Part shown: positions 20,664 through 30,306 of the stretch, in pieces
How the letters are laid out: every line of letters starts with the position of its first letter
Numbering within the stretch: position 1 is the first letter of the stretch
NCBI GenBank assembly: GCA_002718035.1
Contig: PBCX01000005.1
Location: 30,359 to 94,358, forward strand
Direction of reading: 5' to 3'
Source of the DNA: Flavobacteriales bacterium
GTDB taxonomy: Bacteria > Bacteroidota > Bacteroidia > Flavobacteriales > TMED113
DNA length: 64,000 bases
Position numbers and translations under genes: made by a program
The notes under the pieces: model-generated
Seen by the model: only the letters and a program-made list of their open reading frames with translations
Told to the model about the DNA's origin: nothing
Database searches by the model: none

Positions 20664-21996
20664 TTGTATTTTTTTCTGTAAATAACAATGAGGAAAATAA
20701 AGTAAAAAAACATACAGTGTTAAAAATGACTATGTAGTCATTTATTATCATACATATTAAAAAAGTAATTGTAAAAATTAATCTAAGAAAATATGAGTTA
20801 TGTTTTTTATTTTGTATTGCAATTTTTAATTGTGAATAAAAAATATTTAAGAATAATAAAAAACCAATTACTCCAAATTCAAAAAAAATTAATAAATAAC
20901 TGTTATGTGGCATTCTGTTAATTGAATTATTTTTTTCATCAATTAATTTTTTTATACTTCCAAGTCCTTTTCCAAGAAATAAATTATAGTTTATTTTATT
21001 TTTAAATTCACGCCAAATTTCAAATCTTTTTTTAATACTTTCATTAGTCTTTTTATTTAAAACTTCTTTTTTCCATTCATCATTCTTATTTATTTTTTCA
21101 ACCCAATAATCAATATTCCCCCCTAATGAATCAGACATGTATTTTGCATCATTTAGTATTTTTTCTTCAGCTGATAAATTTTTATTAAGATTATAAGTTT
21201 GTTTAATCCTAGATTTTAAAGGGTTAGGGGTAAATATTGTAATGGTCATTAGTAAAAATAAGAAACTTACAATAATTTTTATTTTTTCGGGTTTTTTTAT
21301 AAAAAAATAAATTGGCCCTAAAATTAAAAATAAAATTAAACCAGTTCTTCCAAAACTGTAAATGAGAAAAAAAGTCAGAATGAAAATTAGTATAATAAAT
21401 CCTATTTTTTTTGTTTTTAATTCCTTTTTTAAAATATATTCAAGAATAATGAAGATACTGAAGGAAACAAATATTGAGAGATTTGAATGGTCAATAAATC
21501 CTCTTAAATAAAAGATGTTTTTATAATGGTCATTTTTTAGAAAATATAATTTATCAATAACTTCAAACTGATTTAGTTTTGTTATTATAAGCGACGCGAT
21601 AATATTTGTAAAAACTCCAAATAAAAAAAAAATTATAGAAATATTTTTTTCTTTTTTCGTATAGTTTAGCATTGCTAAAACAGGTACAAATAAAATAATT
21701 ATATATTGGTTAATTGATGAGAAAAATGAATCATTGATTGACCATAAAGAACTCAAAGAAACATAAACTATAAAAAATAAAATTGCATTTACAACCTCAT
21801 TATTTCGCAATTCTTTAATATTTTTTTTAGTATTTTTTTTTAAAAAAAGTAATACAAGAAAAAATATTAAAATAATTGAGCTTATTGTATTTGAAATGCT
21901 TATAAAAAAAGCAAAGGTAAATAGTAAAATATTAGCTAAAGAAATTGATATTTGACTTCTTTTTAATAAATCAAATAAAATATTTTTATGAATCAA
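20653..21996 (-). CDS. O-antigen ligase (Wzy_C) family polytopic membrane protein
   Basis: 447 aa, at least 10 predicted TM helices and a large loop. GRTGLILFL and PHNSYLLIFFEFG are typical of the O-antigen ligase family. Confidence 0.55.
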   Translation of the reverse strand: MIHKNILFDLLKRSQISISLANILLFTFAFFISISNTISSIILIFFLVLLFLKKNTKKNIKELRNNEVVNAILFFIVYVSLSSLWSINDSFFSSINQYIIILFVPVLAMLNYTKKEKNISIIFFLFGVFTNIIASLIITKLNQFEVIDKLYFLKNDHYKNIFYLRGFIDHSNLSIFVSFSIFIILEYILKKELKTKKIGFIILIFILTFFLIYSFGRTGLILFLILGPIYFFIKKPEKIKIIVSFLFLLMTITIFTPNPLKSRIKQTYNLNKNLSAEEKILNDAKYMSDSLGGNIDYWVEKINKNDEWKKEVLNKKTNESIKKRFEIWREFKNKINYNLFLGKGLGSIKKLIDEKNNSINRMPHNSYLLIFFEFGVIGFLLFLNIFYSQLKIAIQNKKHNSYFLRLIFTITFLICMIINDYIVIFNTVCFFTLFSSLLFTEKNTIKQ

Positions 21997-22000
21997 AATA

Positions 22001-23629
22001 TTATTTATTTAAAATTTTGTTGTATGCTTTTGTGTCATTTAAAATTTTTATTGCATCTAAAATTGCTGCATCTTCCTTAAGCGAAGATTCAATTCTACCT
22101 TCATTATAGTAGTATCTAACTATAATATCAGAAAGAATAATCTTGCTAATATCTTTTTTATATTTGTTTATATCTTGATTTTTTAATTGTAAAATTTCTT
22201 CTTTTATTTTTTTTAATAAACCAGTTTCTTTTAGTTTTATGTCATAACCTTCAAAAAGTAATGTTTCCTCTAAGTCATTAATTTTTTCATCTGATAAAGT
22301 TTCAAATTGAAATTCTTCTCTTTTTAAAAATTCTTTAAATAAATCATAGATTTCGTCAGTAATCTTAAATTTATTCATTGAGCCAATATCACTAACCTTT
22401 GAAGAATAGTAATTTCCAAATTTAAATATAAGTTGCTTTTGAACTAGGTTAAAAATTATTTTAGGAATACTATCTGTTTCTACAATAATATCCGGATCTA
22501 CTCCGCCACCATCAAAAACAGATCTTTTATTTTTAGTTTTAAACTCTGTTCTAAGGGAGTCTGGTAAAGTATTTTTTTCATCAGAGTAATTTATTTCTTG
22601 TATACATCTACCTGAGGGTGTGTAATATTTTGCTACAGTCAATTTTAATTGAGAATTGTAGTTTAATTTTCTTGTTTGTTGCACTAAACCCTTCCCAAAA
22701 GTTTTAGTGCCTACTACGATCCCTCTATCCAGGTCCTGTAGAGTTCCCGCAAATATTTCAGAGGCTGAGGCTGATCCTTGATTTACTAATACAACGACAG
22801 GTATTTCTGTATTATATGCACTAGACTTCGTTTTGTATACTTTATTCCAGTCAGTATTTCTTCCTTTAGTTTCGACTATCTTTGTATTTTTTTCTATAAA
22901 AATATTACACAATTTTATTGCTTCATTAAGAAGCCCTCCAGGATTCATCCTTAAATCAATTATTATGCCCTTTAGTGCTTTCTCACTTTCAAGTTTAAGT
23001 ATTTCATTTTTCACTTCATTTGCACAGTTCCTTGTAAACTTATTTAACTTAACGTATCCAATATCATCAATTAATCCAGAGTATGGAACACTTGATATTT
23101 TAATTTTTTCCCTTGTAACTGGAATTTCAAATATATCAGATCCGCTAATTCTACTTACGGAAATATTTACCTTTTTTCCTGGTTCACCTTTTAATAATTT
23201 ACTTACATCTTCAACAGATTTGTCTTTCATAGAAATACCATCAATTTTTATAATTTTATCTCCAATTTTAAGACCAGATTTATCTGCGGGGAAATCCTTG
23301 TAGGGTTCAGCTATTATTACATAATCTCCTACTTTTCGTATCAAAGAGCCGATACCACCATATTGACCAGTTGTTTGAAATCTGAAATCTTCAATTTCTG
23401 ATTCAGGGATATATTGAGTATAGGGGTCAAGTTTTTTTAGCATTGCATCTATACCCTCTTTCATTAATTTACCAGGCTCTGTATCATCTACATAATAGGT
23501 GTTTAATTCCTTGTAAACATTATTAAAAATTTCTAAGTTTTTACTTATTTCAAAGTAGTTTGATTGGCTATTTAAACTATTAAACAAAAATAAGAAGGAA
23601 AGTATATAAATAAATTTTTTAATAAGCAT
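22001..23629 (-). CDS. S41 family carboxy-terminal processing peptidase
   Basis: Signal peptide, PDZ segment (GLKIGDKIIKIDG), catalytic NQGSASASEIF and TFGKGLVQ. Confidence 0.85.
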   Translation of the reverse strand: MLIKKFIYILSFLFLFNSLNSQSNYFEISKNLEIFNNVYKELNTYYVDDTEPGKLMKEGIDAMLKKLDPYTQYIPESEIEDFRFQTTGQYGGIGSLIRKVGDYVIIAEPYKDFPADKSGLKIGDKIIKIDGISMKDKSVEDVSKLLKGEPGKKVNISVSRISGSDIFEIPVTREKIKISSVPYSGLIDDIGYVKLNKFTRNCANEVKNEILKLESEKALKGIIIDLRMNPGGLLNEAIKLCNIFIEKNTKIVETKGRNTDWNKVYKTKSSAYNTEIPVVVLVNQGSASASEIFAGTLQDLDRGIVVGTKTFGKGLVQQTRKLNYNSQLKLTVAKYYTPSGRCIQEINYSDEKNTLPDSLRTEFKTKNKRSVFDGGGVDPDIIVETDSIPKIIFNLVQKQLIFKFGNYYSSKVSDIGSMNKFKITDEIYDLFKEFLKREEFQFETLSDEKINDLEETLLFEGYDIKLKETGLLKKIKEEILQLKNQDINKYKKDISKIILSDIIVRYYYNEGRIESSLKEDAAILDAIKILNDTKAYNKILNK

Positions 23630-23641
23630 AGTAATAAATAT

Positions 23642-23851
23642 TTAAGGAACTGGGTCATGACCTGAGCCGCCAAAAGGGTGGCAAGATAGTATTCTTTTAA
23701 TTGATAAATAAGTTCCTTTAATTAGTCCATATTTTTTTAGTGATAAAATACAATAATTTGAACAAGTTGGCGAATATCTACAATTTTTTCCTATTAATGG
23801 AGAAATTGTCAACTGGTAAAATTTTATTAAATATATTATAATAATTTTCAA
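23642..23851 (-). CDS. yidD: membrane protein insertion efficiency factor
   Basis: 69 aa. [10 protein letters not shown] and [12 protein letters not shown] motifs. Confidence 0.9.
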   Translation of the reverse strand: MKIIIIYLIKFYQLTISPLIGKNCRYSPTCSNYCILSLKKYGLIKGTYLSIKRILSCHPFGGSGHDPVP

Positions 23852-24192
23852 TAGTTAAGAATTTTTCTTTGAAACGCAATTATATCTTTTGTGATTTTAG
23901 AATAATTAATAGTTTCAAAATGTTGATAAATAATAATTATCTTAATTTCTTTTAATTTATGGTTTGTCTTATCAAAAAAAAAAGATCTAATTCTACGTTT
24001 AATTTTATTTCTGTTAACAGCAAGTTTAATTTTTTTTTTTGGAACAGAAATTAATAACTCAAGGTGATTGGTTAAACTACTATCATTTATGTATATAATT
24101 GTTAAAAATTCACCAAAAAATTTCCCACCTTTTTCTAGGATAGATTTAATATCTTTTTTTGAAGAGATCATTTGTACATTTTCTCCTTTCAT
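23848..24192 (-). CDS. rnpA: ribonuclease P protein component
   Basis: 114 aa basic protein, [12 protein letters not shown] (RNR motif). Overlaps yidD by 4 nt. Confidence 0.8.
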   Translation of the reverse strand: MKGENVQMISSKKDIKSILEKGGKFFGEFLTIIYINDSSLTNHLELLISVPKKKIKLAVNRNKIKRRIRSFFFDKTNHKLKEIKIIIIYQHFETINYSKITKDIIAFQRKILNY

Positions 24193-24207
24193 ATTAAAAT
24201 AATTGAA

Positions 24208-24951
24208 TCACTTGTTTGATAAAAAATGATCAAGGCAAGATAACATCGAAAGATTTTTTTCGGTCGGAGCTTTTAAACTTACATTTAAACCTTTACTTTC
24301 TGCGTACTTAAGTGTTGCATTACCAAAAACAGCAATTTGTATTTCATGATCTTTTTGAAATAGTTCTTGGAAGTTTTGTAGTAATGAATCAACATCAATA
24401 GGACTATATAAGACAACTAAGTCATAGGAAAAACGTTTAATTTTAGTTTTTTTTGGAATTGTTTGAAAAAACACACCTCTTGTATAGTCAATTTCAATAC
24501 TATCAAGAAGTTCAATTGTTTTTTTATTAGTGTTTTCAGCAGATGGGAGTAAAAATTTTTCTGTATTGTGTTTTTCAATTAATTCAATAAGATCTTCAAA
24601 TTTTTTCCCCCCAACATAAATTTTTCTTTTTCGGTATGCTGTATATTTTTGTAAATAAAAAGAAATGGCTTCCGATACACAGAAATATTTCATAGTATTT
24701 GGGACAGTAAATCTCATCTCTTCACAAATTCTAAAGAAGTGATCTATGGCAACTCTGCTTGTAAATATAATAGCAGAAAAATGATTTACGTTTATTTTTT
24801 GTAATCTTATATCCCTCACTTTTAATCCTTTAATTTCAATTAAGGGATTAAATTTAATTTTAATTTTATGCTTATTTGCAAGTTCTGCATATGCATTATT
24901 TTTACTTTGAGGCTCTGGTTGTGATATAAGAATTTTTTTAATTTTTTTCAT
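24208..24951 (-). CDS. uroporphyrinogen-III synthase (HemD) family protein
   Basis: ILISQPEP, IIFTSRVAIDHFFRICEEMR and MKYFCVSEAISFYLQKY are typical of the Bacteroidota HemD-like family. Confidence 0.65.
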   Translation of the reverse strand: MKKIKKILISQPEPQSKNNAYAELANKHKIKIKFNPLIEIKGLKVRDIRLQKINVNHFSAIIFTSRVAIDHFFRICEEMRFTVPNTMKYFCVSEAISFYLQKYTAYRKRKIYVGGKKFEDLIELIEKHNTEKFLLPSAENTNKKTIELLDSIEIDYTRGVFFQTIPKKTKIKRFSYDLVVLYSPIDVDSLLQNFQELFQKDHEIQIAVFGNATLKYAESKGLNVSLKAPTEKNLSMLSCLDHFLSNK

Positions 24952-25595
24952 TTTAGGGCAATATAGAAAGTAATTATAGGGACAATTTCAAAAGCACAAA
25001 TATACAAAATAATATCTTTTATTTTTAAGTCTATTAAGTTCATTGCTTTTATGATAAAAATTAGTTCGCTTACAATGAGTGTTAAAAAAAATATAATTGA
25101 AATAATGAAAATAGTATTTAAACCAAAAAAAACATTAAAGTGATAAATAAACAAAATAGGAAGAAAATATATAGCAACAAGTGCATTTGTATCAATTATA
25201 ATGATAGAAATTTTTTTGCATTTTAAATATTTATTTGTTGTAAATCCCCACAAAATTGTAAAAACATGTCGAAATGAGTAAAAAAATATTATTAATAGTA
25301 ATAAGAAAGAAAAAGTTATTTCATCTTTTTTTTCAAAAAAATTTGCAATAAAACAAGTTGAAATAAGAATAGTGATTAAGGTAAAATTAAATCTAAGAAA
25401 ACTAAAGCTAACATTTCTTTGAAAGTATAATGATAAATAATTTTCTTTTTTTTCAAATGGCATTAAAATTAAACTTCTAATTTGTTTTCTATTAACAACA
25501 AAAGAAATAGTTATAATGAAAAGTATAATTAACAAGTAAATTGTAATAAGATTTTTATTTATGAAAATCATTATTGATAATAATATTAATTTCAA
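24948..25595 (-). CDS. DUF4271 polytopic membrane protein
   Basis: 215 aa, about 6 TM helices. Conserved partner upstream of the hemD-like gene in Bacteroidota, with an ATGA overlap. Confidence 0.5.
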   Translation of the reverse strand: MKLILLSIMIFINKNLITIYLLIILFIITISFVVNRKQIRSLILMPFEKKENYLSLYFQRNVSFSFLRFNFTLITILISTCFIANFFEKKDEITFSFLLLLIIFFYSFRHVFTILWGFTTNKYLKCKKISIIIIDTNALVAIYFLPILFIYHFNVFFGLNTIFIISIIFFLTLIVSELIFIIKAMNLIDLKIKDIILYICAFEIVPIITFYIALK

Positions 25596-25628
25596 AGTTA
25601 ATAAAATTGAATTTTAATAATTATAACT

Positions 25629-25636
25629 TATTTTTG
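25629..25636 (+). promoter_or_regulatory. candidate -7 box TATTTTTG for gcdH
   Basis: Exact TAnnTTTG match 17 nt upstream of ATG 25653. An ATTG (imperfect -33 TTTG) lies 19 nt further upstream at 25606-25609. Confidence 0.3.
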
Positions 25637-25652
25637 TGTAAAAGTATAAGTT

Positions 25653-26831
25653 ATGACCAAAGATTTATTTGAAGCGCCAGATTATTTAAATCTCGACGAT
25701 TTATTAAGTGAAGAACATAAATTAGTTCGTGATACAACAAGAAACTGGGTAAAAAAAGAAGTTTCACCTATAATTGAAGAATATTGTCAAAAAGCAGAGT
25801 TCCCAAAACACTTAGTTAGAGGCTTAGCGCAAATTGGTGCATTTGGTCCTTATATTCCCAATGAGTATGGTGGTGCTGGCCTAGATCAAATATCTTATGG
25901 TTTGATTATGCAGGAATTAGAAAGGGGAGATAGTGGTATTAGGTCTACTGCCTCTGTACAATCTTCTTTAGTCATGTATCCAATTTTTAAATATGGAACT
26001 GAAGAACAAAAAAATAAATACTTACCTAAATTATCATCAGGAGATTTTGTTGGATGCTTTGGTTTGACTGAACCTGATTTTGGTTCTAATCCAGGTGGGA
26101 TGGTAACTAATTTCGTGGATAAAGGAGATTATTATTTATTAAATGGTGCAAAACTATGGATCTCTAATTCTCCATTTGCTGACATTGCTATAGTTTGGGC
26201 TAAAAATGAACAAGGTCGAATAAAGGGTTTAATTGTAGAGAGGGGAATGGAAGGATTTTCTACTCCTGAAACCCATAATAAATGGAGTTTAAGAGCATCT
26301 GCTACAGGAGAGTTAGTTTTTGATAATGTAAAAGTACCAAAAGAAAATTTATTAACTCAGAAAGATGGACTCGGAGCACCGCTTGGATGTTTAGATTCTG
26401 CTAGATATGGTATTGCTTGGGGAGCTATAGGCGCCGCTATGGATTGTTATGATACGGCACTAAGATACTCTAAAGAAAGAATTCAATTTGGAAAACCAAT
26501 AGGTAGCTTTCAGTTACAGCAAAAAAAGTTAGCTGAAATGATTACTGAAATCACAAAAGCTCAATTAATAACTTGGAGATTGGGTGTGTTAAGAAACGAA
26601 AATAAAGCTACATCAGCTCAAATTTCTATGTGCAAGAGAAATAATGTTGAAATTGCCTTAAATATTGCAAGAAATTCAAGACAAATCTTAGGAGGAATGG
26701 GTATTACTGGAGAATATTCTATTATGAGACATATGATGAATCTAGAGTCAGTAATAACTTATGAGGGAACTCATGATATTCATTTACTAATAACAGGGTT
26801 TGATGTTACAGGTTTAAATGCTTTTTCTTAA
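25653..26831 (+). CDS. gcdH: glutaryl-CoA dehydrogenase (acyl-CoA dehydrogenase family)
   Basis: GCFGLTEPDFGSNPGGM, WISNSP and TYEGTHDIH motifs are characteristic of GCDH. Confidence 0.8.
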   Translation: MTKDLFEAPDYLNLDDLLSEEHKLVRDTTRNWVKKEVSPIIEEYCQKAEFPKHLVRGLAQIGAFGPYIPNEYGGAGLDQISYGLIMQELERGDSGIRSTASVQSSLVMYPIFKYGTEEQKNKYLPKLSSGDFVGCFGLTEPDFGSNPGGMVTNFVDKGDYYLLNGAKLWISNSPFADIAIVWAKNEQGRIKGLIVERGMEGFSTPETHNKWSLRASATGELVFDNVKVPKENLLTQKDGLGAPLGCLDSARYGIAWGAIGAAMDCYDTALRYSKERIQFGKPIGSFQLQQKKLAEMITEITKAQLITWRLGVLRNENKATSAQISMCKRNNVEIALNIARNSRQILGGMGITGEYSIMRHMMNLESVITYEGTHDIHLLITGFDVTGLNAFS

Positions 26832-26837
26832 AGAGTT

Positions 26838-28613
26838 TTATGCTTCACAACTTGCGCACTCTTTGCTTTGTGCAAATTTTTGTGCGGCATTCATACTATG
26901 TTGATAATAAAGAGATTTAAGGCCAAGTTTCCAAGCGGTTATATAAAGTTTATTAATCTCTTTTGCGGGCATGTCTGGGCTAATCATGACATTAAGGGAT
27001 TGACCTTGGTCGATATATGTTTGTCTTCCTGCTGCTTGAAGTATAATATCCATCTGATCAATTTCAGCATATGTTTTAAAAACTTCTTTTTCTTCTTTTG
27101 TTAAAAAATCTAGGTGTTGGACTGATCCATCTGCATCTCTTATACTGTTCCAAACATCTTTATTATCTTTATCTTTTTCTTTTAATAGTTTAATTAAGAA
27201 AGGATTTTTAATTGTAGTTTTTACTTTAGCAATATCTTTCACATAGATGTTTGACCAAGTGGGTTCTATTCCTTGTGAAACTTGACCTAAAATAAATGCA
27301 GAAGAAGTCGTTGGGGCAATTGCATTTAGTGTTGCGTTTCTTCTACCATATCCTTTTAGACTTAGGGGCTCACCAAATTGCACGGCTAATTCTTGGGAAG
27401 CTTTGTAGGACTTTTCTTTGATTAATTTAAAAACCTCATTATTAATCTTAAAAGATTCTGGACTATTAAATGGAAGCATTTTAGATTGAAGTAGTGAATG
27501 CCAGCCTAGAACTCCAAGGCCAAGTGCTCGGTTTTCCTTTGCGAAATTATATGCACGCTCCATAAATAAAAAAGTTTGTTGATCTTCTCTATCTGGAGAG
27601 TCTCTATATACCTCTAGTTTTTCTAAGAATTCGGAAATTATTGCATCAAGAAAGTATACCATTGTTTCAACTGCATCTGTGTTTTTCCATTTGTCGTAAT
27701 GTAAAACGTTTATTGAGGATAGAACGCACACAAAAGACCATTTTTCATTTGTCGGCAACATGATTTCAGTACATAAATTACTGGCATTAATCGAATGATT
27801 ATTATCTTTAAACACATCTGGTGCAGCATTATTAGCTTTATCTTTATAAAAAATATAAGGATAGCCAATTTCTCCTCTTCTTTGAATTACTTTTGCCCAT
27901 ATATTTCTTTTTTCTTGATCACCCTGAATCATTTCTTCCATCCATTTGTCGGTTACTGTAACCCCATGAGTTAGTTCTTGAATTGGGTTTCCTTCTGTAC
28001 CAATATCTAAAAACTCTAATATATCTTTATGTTCTACTGGTAGATATGGTGAAAAGCGACCTCTTCGTACGGAACCTTGACTAACAACATCTACCATACT
28101 TTCAAAAAGTTGCATTATATGCACTGATCCCGAAGCTTCGCCGTTATTTTTTACTGCTGCTCCACGATGTCTAATATGACCAAAATAACCTGATGTTCCT
28201 CCTCCAAGTTTTGACATCATGCCTACTTCTGATTGACTAAATAAAATATTTCCCATGTCATCAGAAACATTGGAGCCAAAACAACTGATTGGTAGTCCTC
28301 TTTTCTTTCCAAAATTTGACCATACTGGGGATGCTAATGAAAAAAACCCTTCTGACATGTAGTGATAGAACTTTTCACTATATCCTTTTATCCCTAATAA
28401 TTCTTCAGCTCGATCGGCAATTTCTTTAATTCTTGTTTCTGCTTTTGTGCCTGGGTTAATGTAACCAGCAGATAAAAAATTTCTACTGTGATCTGTAAGC
28501 CATTCAAAGTTGTTGTTTGAAATAGTTTTCTTTTGTTCTTTATTTTCTACTGTGCTTTCTTGCAACTCATTTTCAACTTCTTCAATTGTTTTCAGATCTG
28601 TATTTTTTGTCAT
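26838..28613 (-). CDS. nrdA: class I ribonucleotide reductase alpha subunit, short form without ATP-cone
   Basis: PISCFG, NLCTEI, SLYYQH and a C-terminal CASCEA redox tail. The N-terminus is acidic with no VxKRDG-type ATP-cone. Confidence 0.9.
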   Translation of the reverse strand: MTKNTDLKTIEEVENELQESTVENKEQKKTISNNNFEWLTDHSRNFLSAGYINPGTKAETRIKEIADRAEELLGIKGYSEKFYHYMSEGFFSLASPVWSNFGKKRGLPISCFGSNVSDDMGNILFSQSEVGMMSKLGGGTSGYFGHIRHRGAAVKNNGEASGSVHIMQLFESMVDVVSQGSVRRGRFSPYLPVEHKDILEFLDIGTEGNPIQELTHGVTVTDKWMEEMIQGDQEKRNIWAKVIQRRGEIGYPYIFYKDKANNAAPDVFKDNNHSINASNLCTEIMLPTNEKWSFVCVLSSINVLHYDKWKNTDAVETMVYFLDAIISEFLEKLEVYRDSPDREDQQTFLFMERAYNFAKENRALGLGVLGWHSLLQSKMLPFNSPESFKINNEVFKLIKEKSYKASQELAVQFGEPLSLKGYGRRNATLNAIAPTTSSAFILGQVSQGIEPTWSNIYVKDIAKVKTTIKNPFLIKLLKEKDKDNKDVWNSIRDADGSVQHLDFLTKEEKEVFKTYAEIDQMDIILQAAGRQTYIDQGQSLNVMISPDMPAKEINKLYITAWKLGLKSLYYQHSMNAAQKFAQSKECASCEA

Positions 28614-28624
28614 TTTCTTAATTT

Positions 28625-29899
28625 TTAAAAAAGGTCTTCTCCTGTTATACTTTGTGATTTTTTACTGTAGTTTATCGATCTTTTAACAAAAAAATCTCCA
28701 TGTTTAGTTGCAATTAGTTCATCATTGAACCATTCCGTATTATTTAATAATGTGTCATCTGTTTCAAAAACTTTTTCTACCCCTATGCTCTCAAGCGATT
28801 TATTAAATCTATCTTTTATAAATTCGTTTATTTCTTTTTTAGGTAAAAAGTCTAATTCTCCTTTTTCAAATATCCAATCAATTATTGCACTTTCCGCCTC
28901 AAAAGCATTTCTGCACAAGTCTTGAATTCTAGATTCATACAATACATCAAACCACGAAGGATTTTCTGATTTAATTATTTTAATTAGATCTATTCCAAAA
29001 TCACCGTGTATTTGTTCTTCTTTTGATGTTGCTTCAACAACGTTCGACACACCCTTAAGCATATTGCGGTGTTTATTGAATGCCATTATAATCAGGAATT
29101 GTGAAAACAAAGAAACATGTTCTATGAATAACGAAAATAATAGCACAGCTTCTGAGTATTCTTTGTTTTCTTCACTTTTTGAACTAGCTAAAGCGGCTTC
29201 AAGATATCGTACTCTTTTCATGATTACCGGATTTTTCTTAAGGTCTTTAAATTCAGCATTTAATCCAAGAATTTCAAGAAGGTGAGAGTAAGCATCAGCA
29301 TGTCTAACCTCACTTTCTGCAAAGGTTGCGCCAACTGATCCAATTTCAGGCTTAGGTATCTTATGGTAAACATCTCCCCAAAAACTTTTTACTGCAACTT
29401 CAATTTGTGATATTGCAAGCATAGTATTTTTTATTGCATTTTTCTCAAGTTCACTTAGTTTAGTTTTGAAATCTTGGATATCACTAGTAAAATTGAATTC
29501 TGTGTGTATCCAATATGAGTGCCTTATTGCTGGAACATATTTATATAATTCTGGGTACTCATATGGCTTTAATGTGATTCTTTTTTCAAAAACATTTCTT
29601 TGCCTCTTTCTATTTTGCGTATTTCTGTACAAAATATATGCTTTTGCAACATCAAGAAATTCACTTTGCATTAATTTTTTTTCAACTAAGTCTTGAATTT
29701 CTTCTACGTTTGGTGTGTAATTGGGAATTTTAATTGCACGTGCAATTAAATTTTTATTTACATCGTTTGCAATTTTTTCGGCATCTTCTGGATCTCCATT
29801 TTTAACAGAGATCATTGCTTTTAAAATAGCGTCTGTTATTTTTTCTAATTTAAATGGTCTTTTTTCATGACTTCTTTTAAAAATGCTTTCTACGTGCAT
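28625..29899 (-). CDS. nrdB: class I ribonucleotide reductase beta subunit with N-terminal ATP-cone
   Basis: Residues about 3-97 (FKRSHEKRPFKLEKITDAILKA...EEIQDLVEKKL...VAKAYILYRN) read as an ATP-cone. The rest has the di-metal ligand motifs ESEVRHADAY and EEQIHGDF. Confidence 0.9.
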   Translation of the reverse strand: MHVESIFKRSHEKRPFKLEKITDAILKAMISVKNGDPEDAEKIANDVNKNLIARAIKIPNYTPNVEEIQDLVEKKLMQSEFLDVAKAYILYRNTQNRKRQRNVFEKRITLKPYEYPELYKYVPAIRHSYWIHTEFNFTSDIQDFKTKLSELEKNAIKNTMLAISQIEVAVKSFWGDVYHKIPKPEIGSVGATFAESEVRHADAYSHLLEILGLNAEFKDLKKNPVIMKRVRYLEAALASSKSEENKEYSEAVLLFSLFIEHVSLFSQFLIIMAFNKHRNMLKGVSNVVEATSKEEQIHGDFGIDLIKIIKSENPSWFDVLYESRIQDLCRNAFEAESAIIDWIFEKGELDFLPKKEINEFIKDRFNKSLESIGVEKVFETDDTLLNNTEWFNDELIATKHGDFFVKRSINYSKKSQSITGEDLF

Positions 29900-29945
29900 A
29901 ACTAATACGTGTTTTAAATTTTTTTTATGTTATAATTAAGTATAC

Positions 29946-29953
29946 CAAATTTA
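29946..29953 (-). promoter_or_regulatory. candidate Bacteroidota -7 promoter box (TAAATTTG on the minus strand) for nrdB-nrdA
   Basis: The plus-strand CAAATTTA is the reverse complement of TAnnTTTG, 47 nt upstream of the nrdB ATG. No good -33 TTTG partner seen. Confidence 0.25.
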
Positions 29954-30306
29954 CAATTAAACAATTTTCATTTTTAAGAAAACTCGATTCTGTTTTCAAC
30001 AATCTTATTTTCATAAATTACTTTGTTTAGTTCCAAAGAATAAAAAATTCTAACTCAATCTAAACAAGAATTAGATCTGTTCAAATCAGACTAAAACTTA
30101 GTTATTAATAATTAAAATAACTAACCAAAGTATTCAATAAAAAATCAATTTTAACGTAGGATTCCTACGCATGAACAAACATCTAACTTTAAATTAAATT
30201 GCACAACATAGTAATAAAAAAAAATTAAAATACTTATTAACAATTTTGATAAATCTGTGTTTTTAAATCAATAGAAAGTTTAATTAAGATTGTTAAAAAG
30301 TCAAAC

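Noticed and set aside
22833-23303. 156-aa ORF on the plus strand, antisense to the S41 peptidase gene
   Set aside because: It lies entirely inside a well-supported gene. Its translation is low-complexity and hydrophobic (F/S/L/I-rich), as expected from reading AT-rich codons backwards, and it has no recognisable motif or own promoter space.
30195-30215. NrdR-box-like sequence (GCACAACATAGTAAT) in the nrdB upstream spacer
   Set aside because: It is only a partial resemblance to the ACACnAnATATnTnGTGT-type palindrome, it is not itself palindromic, and there is no second tandem box. It cannot be supported without a genome-wide motif search.
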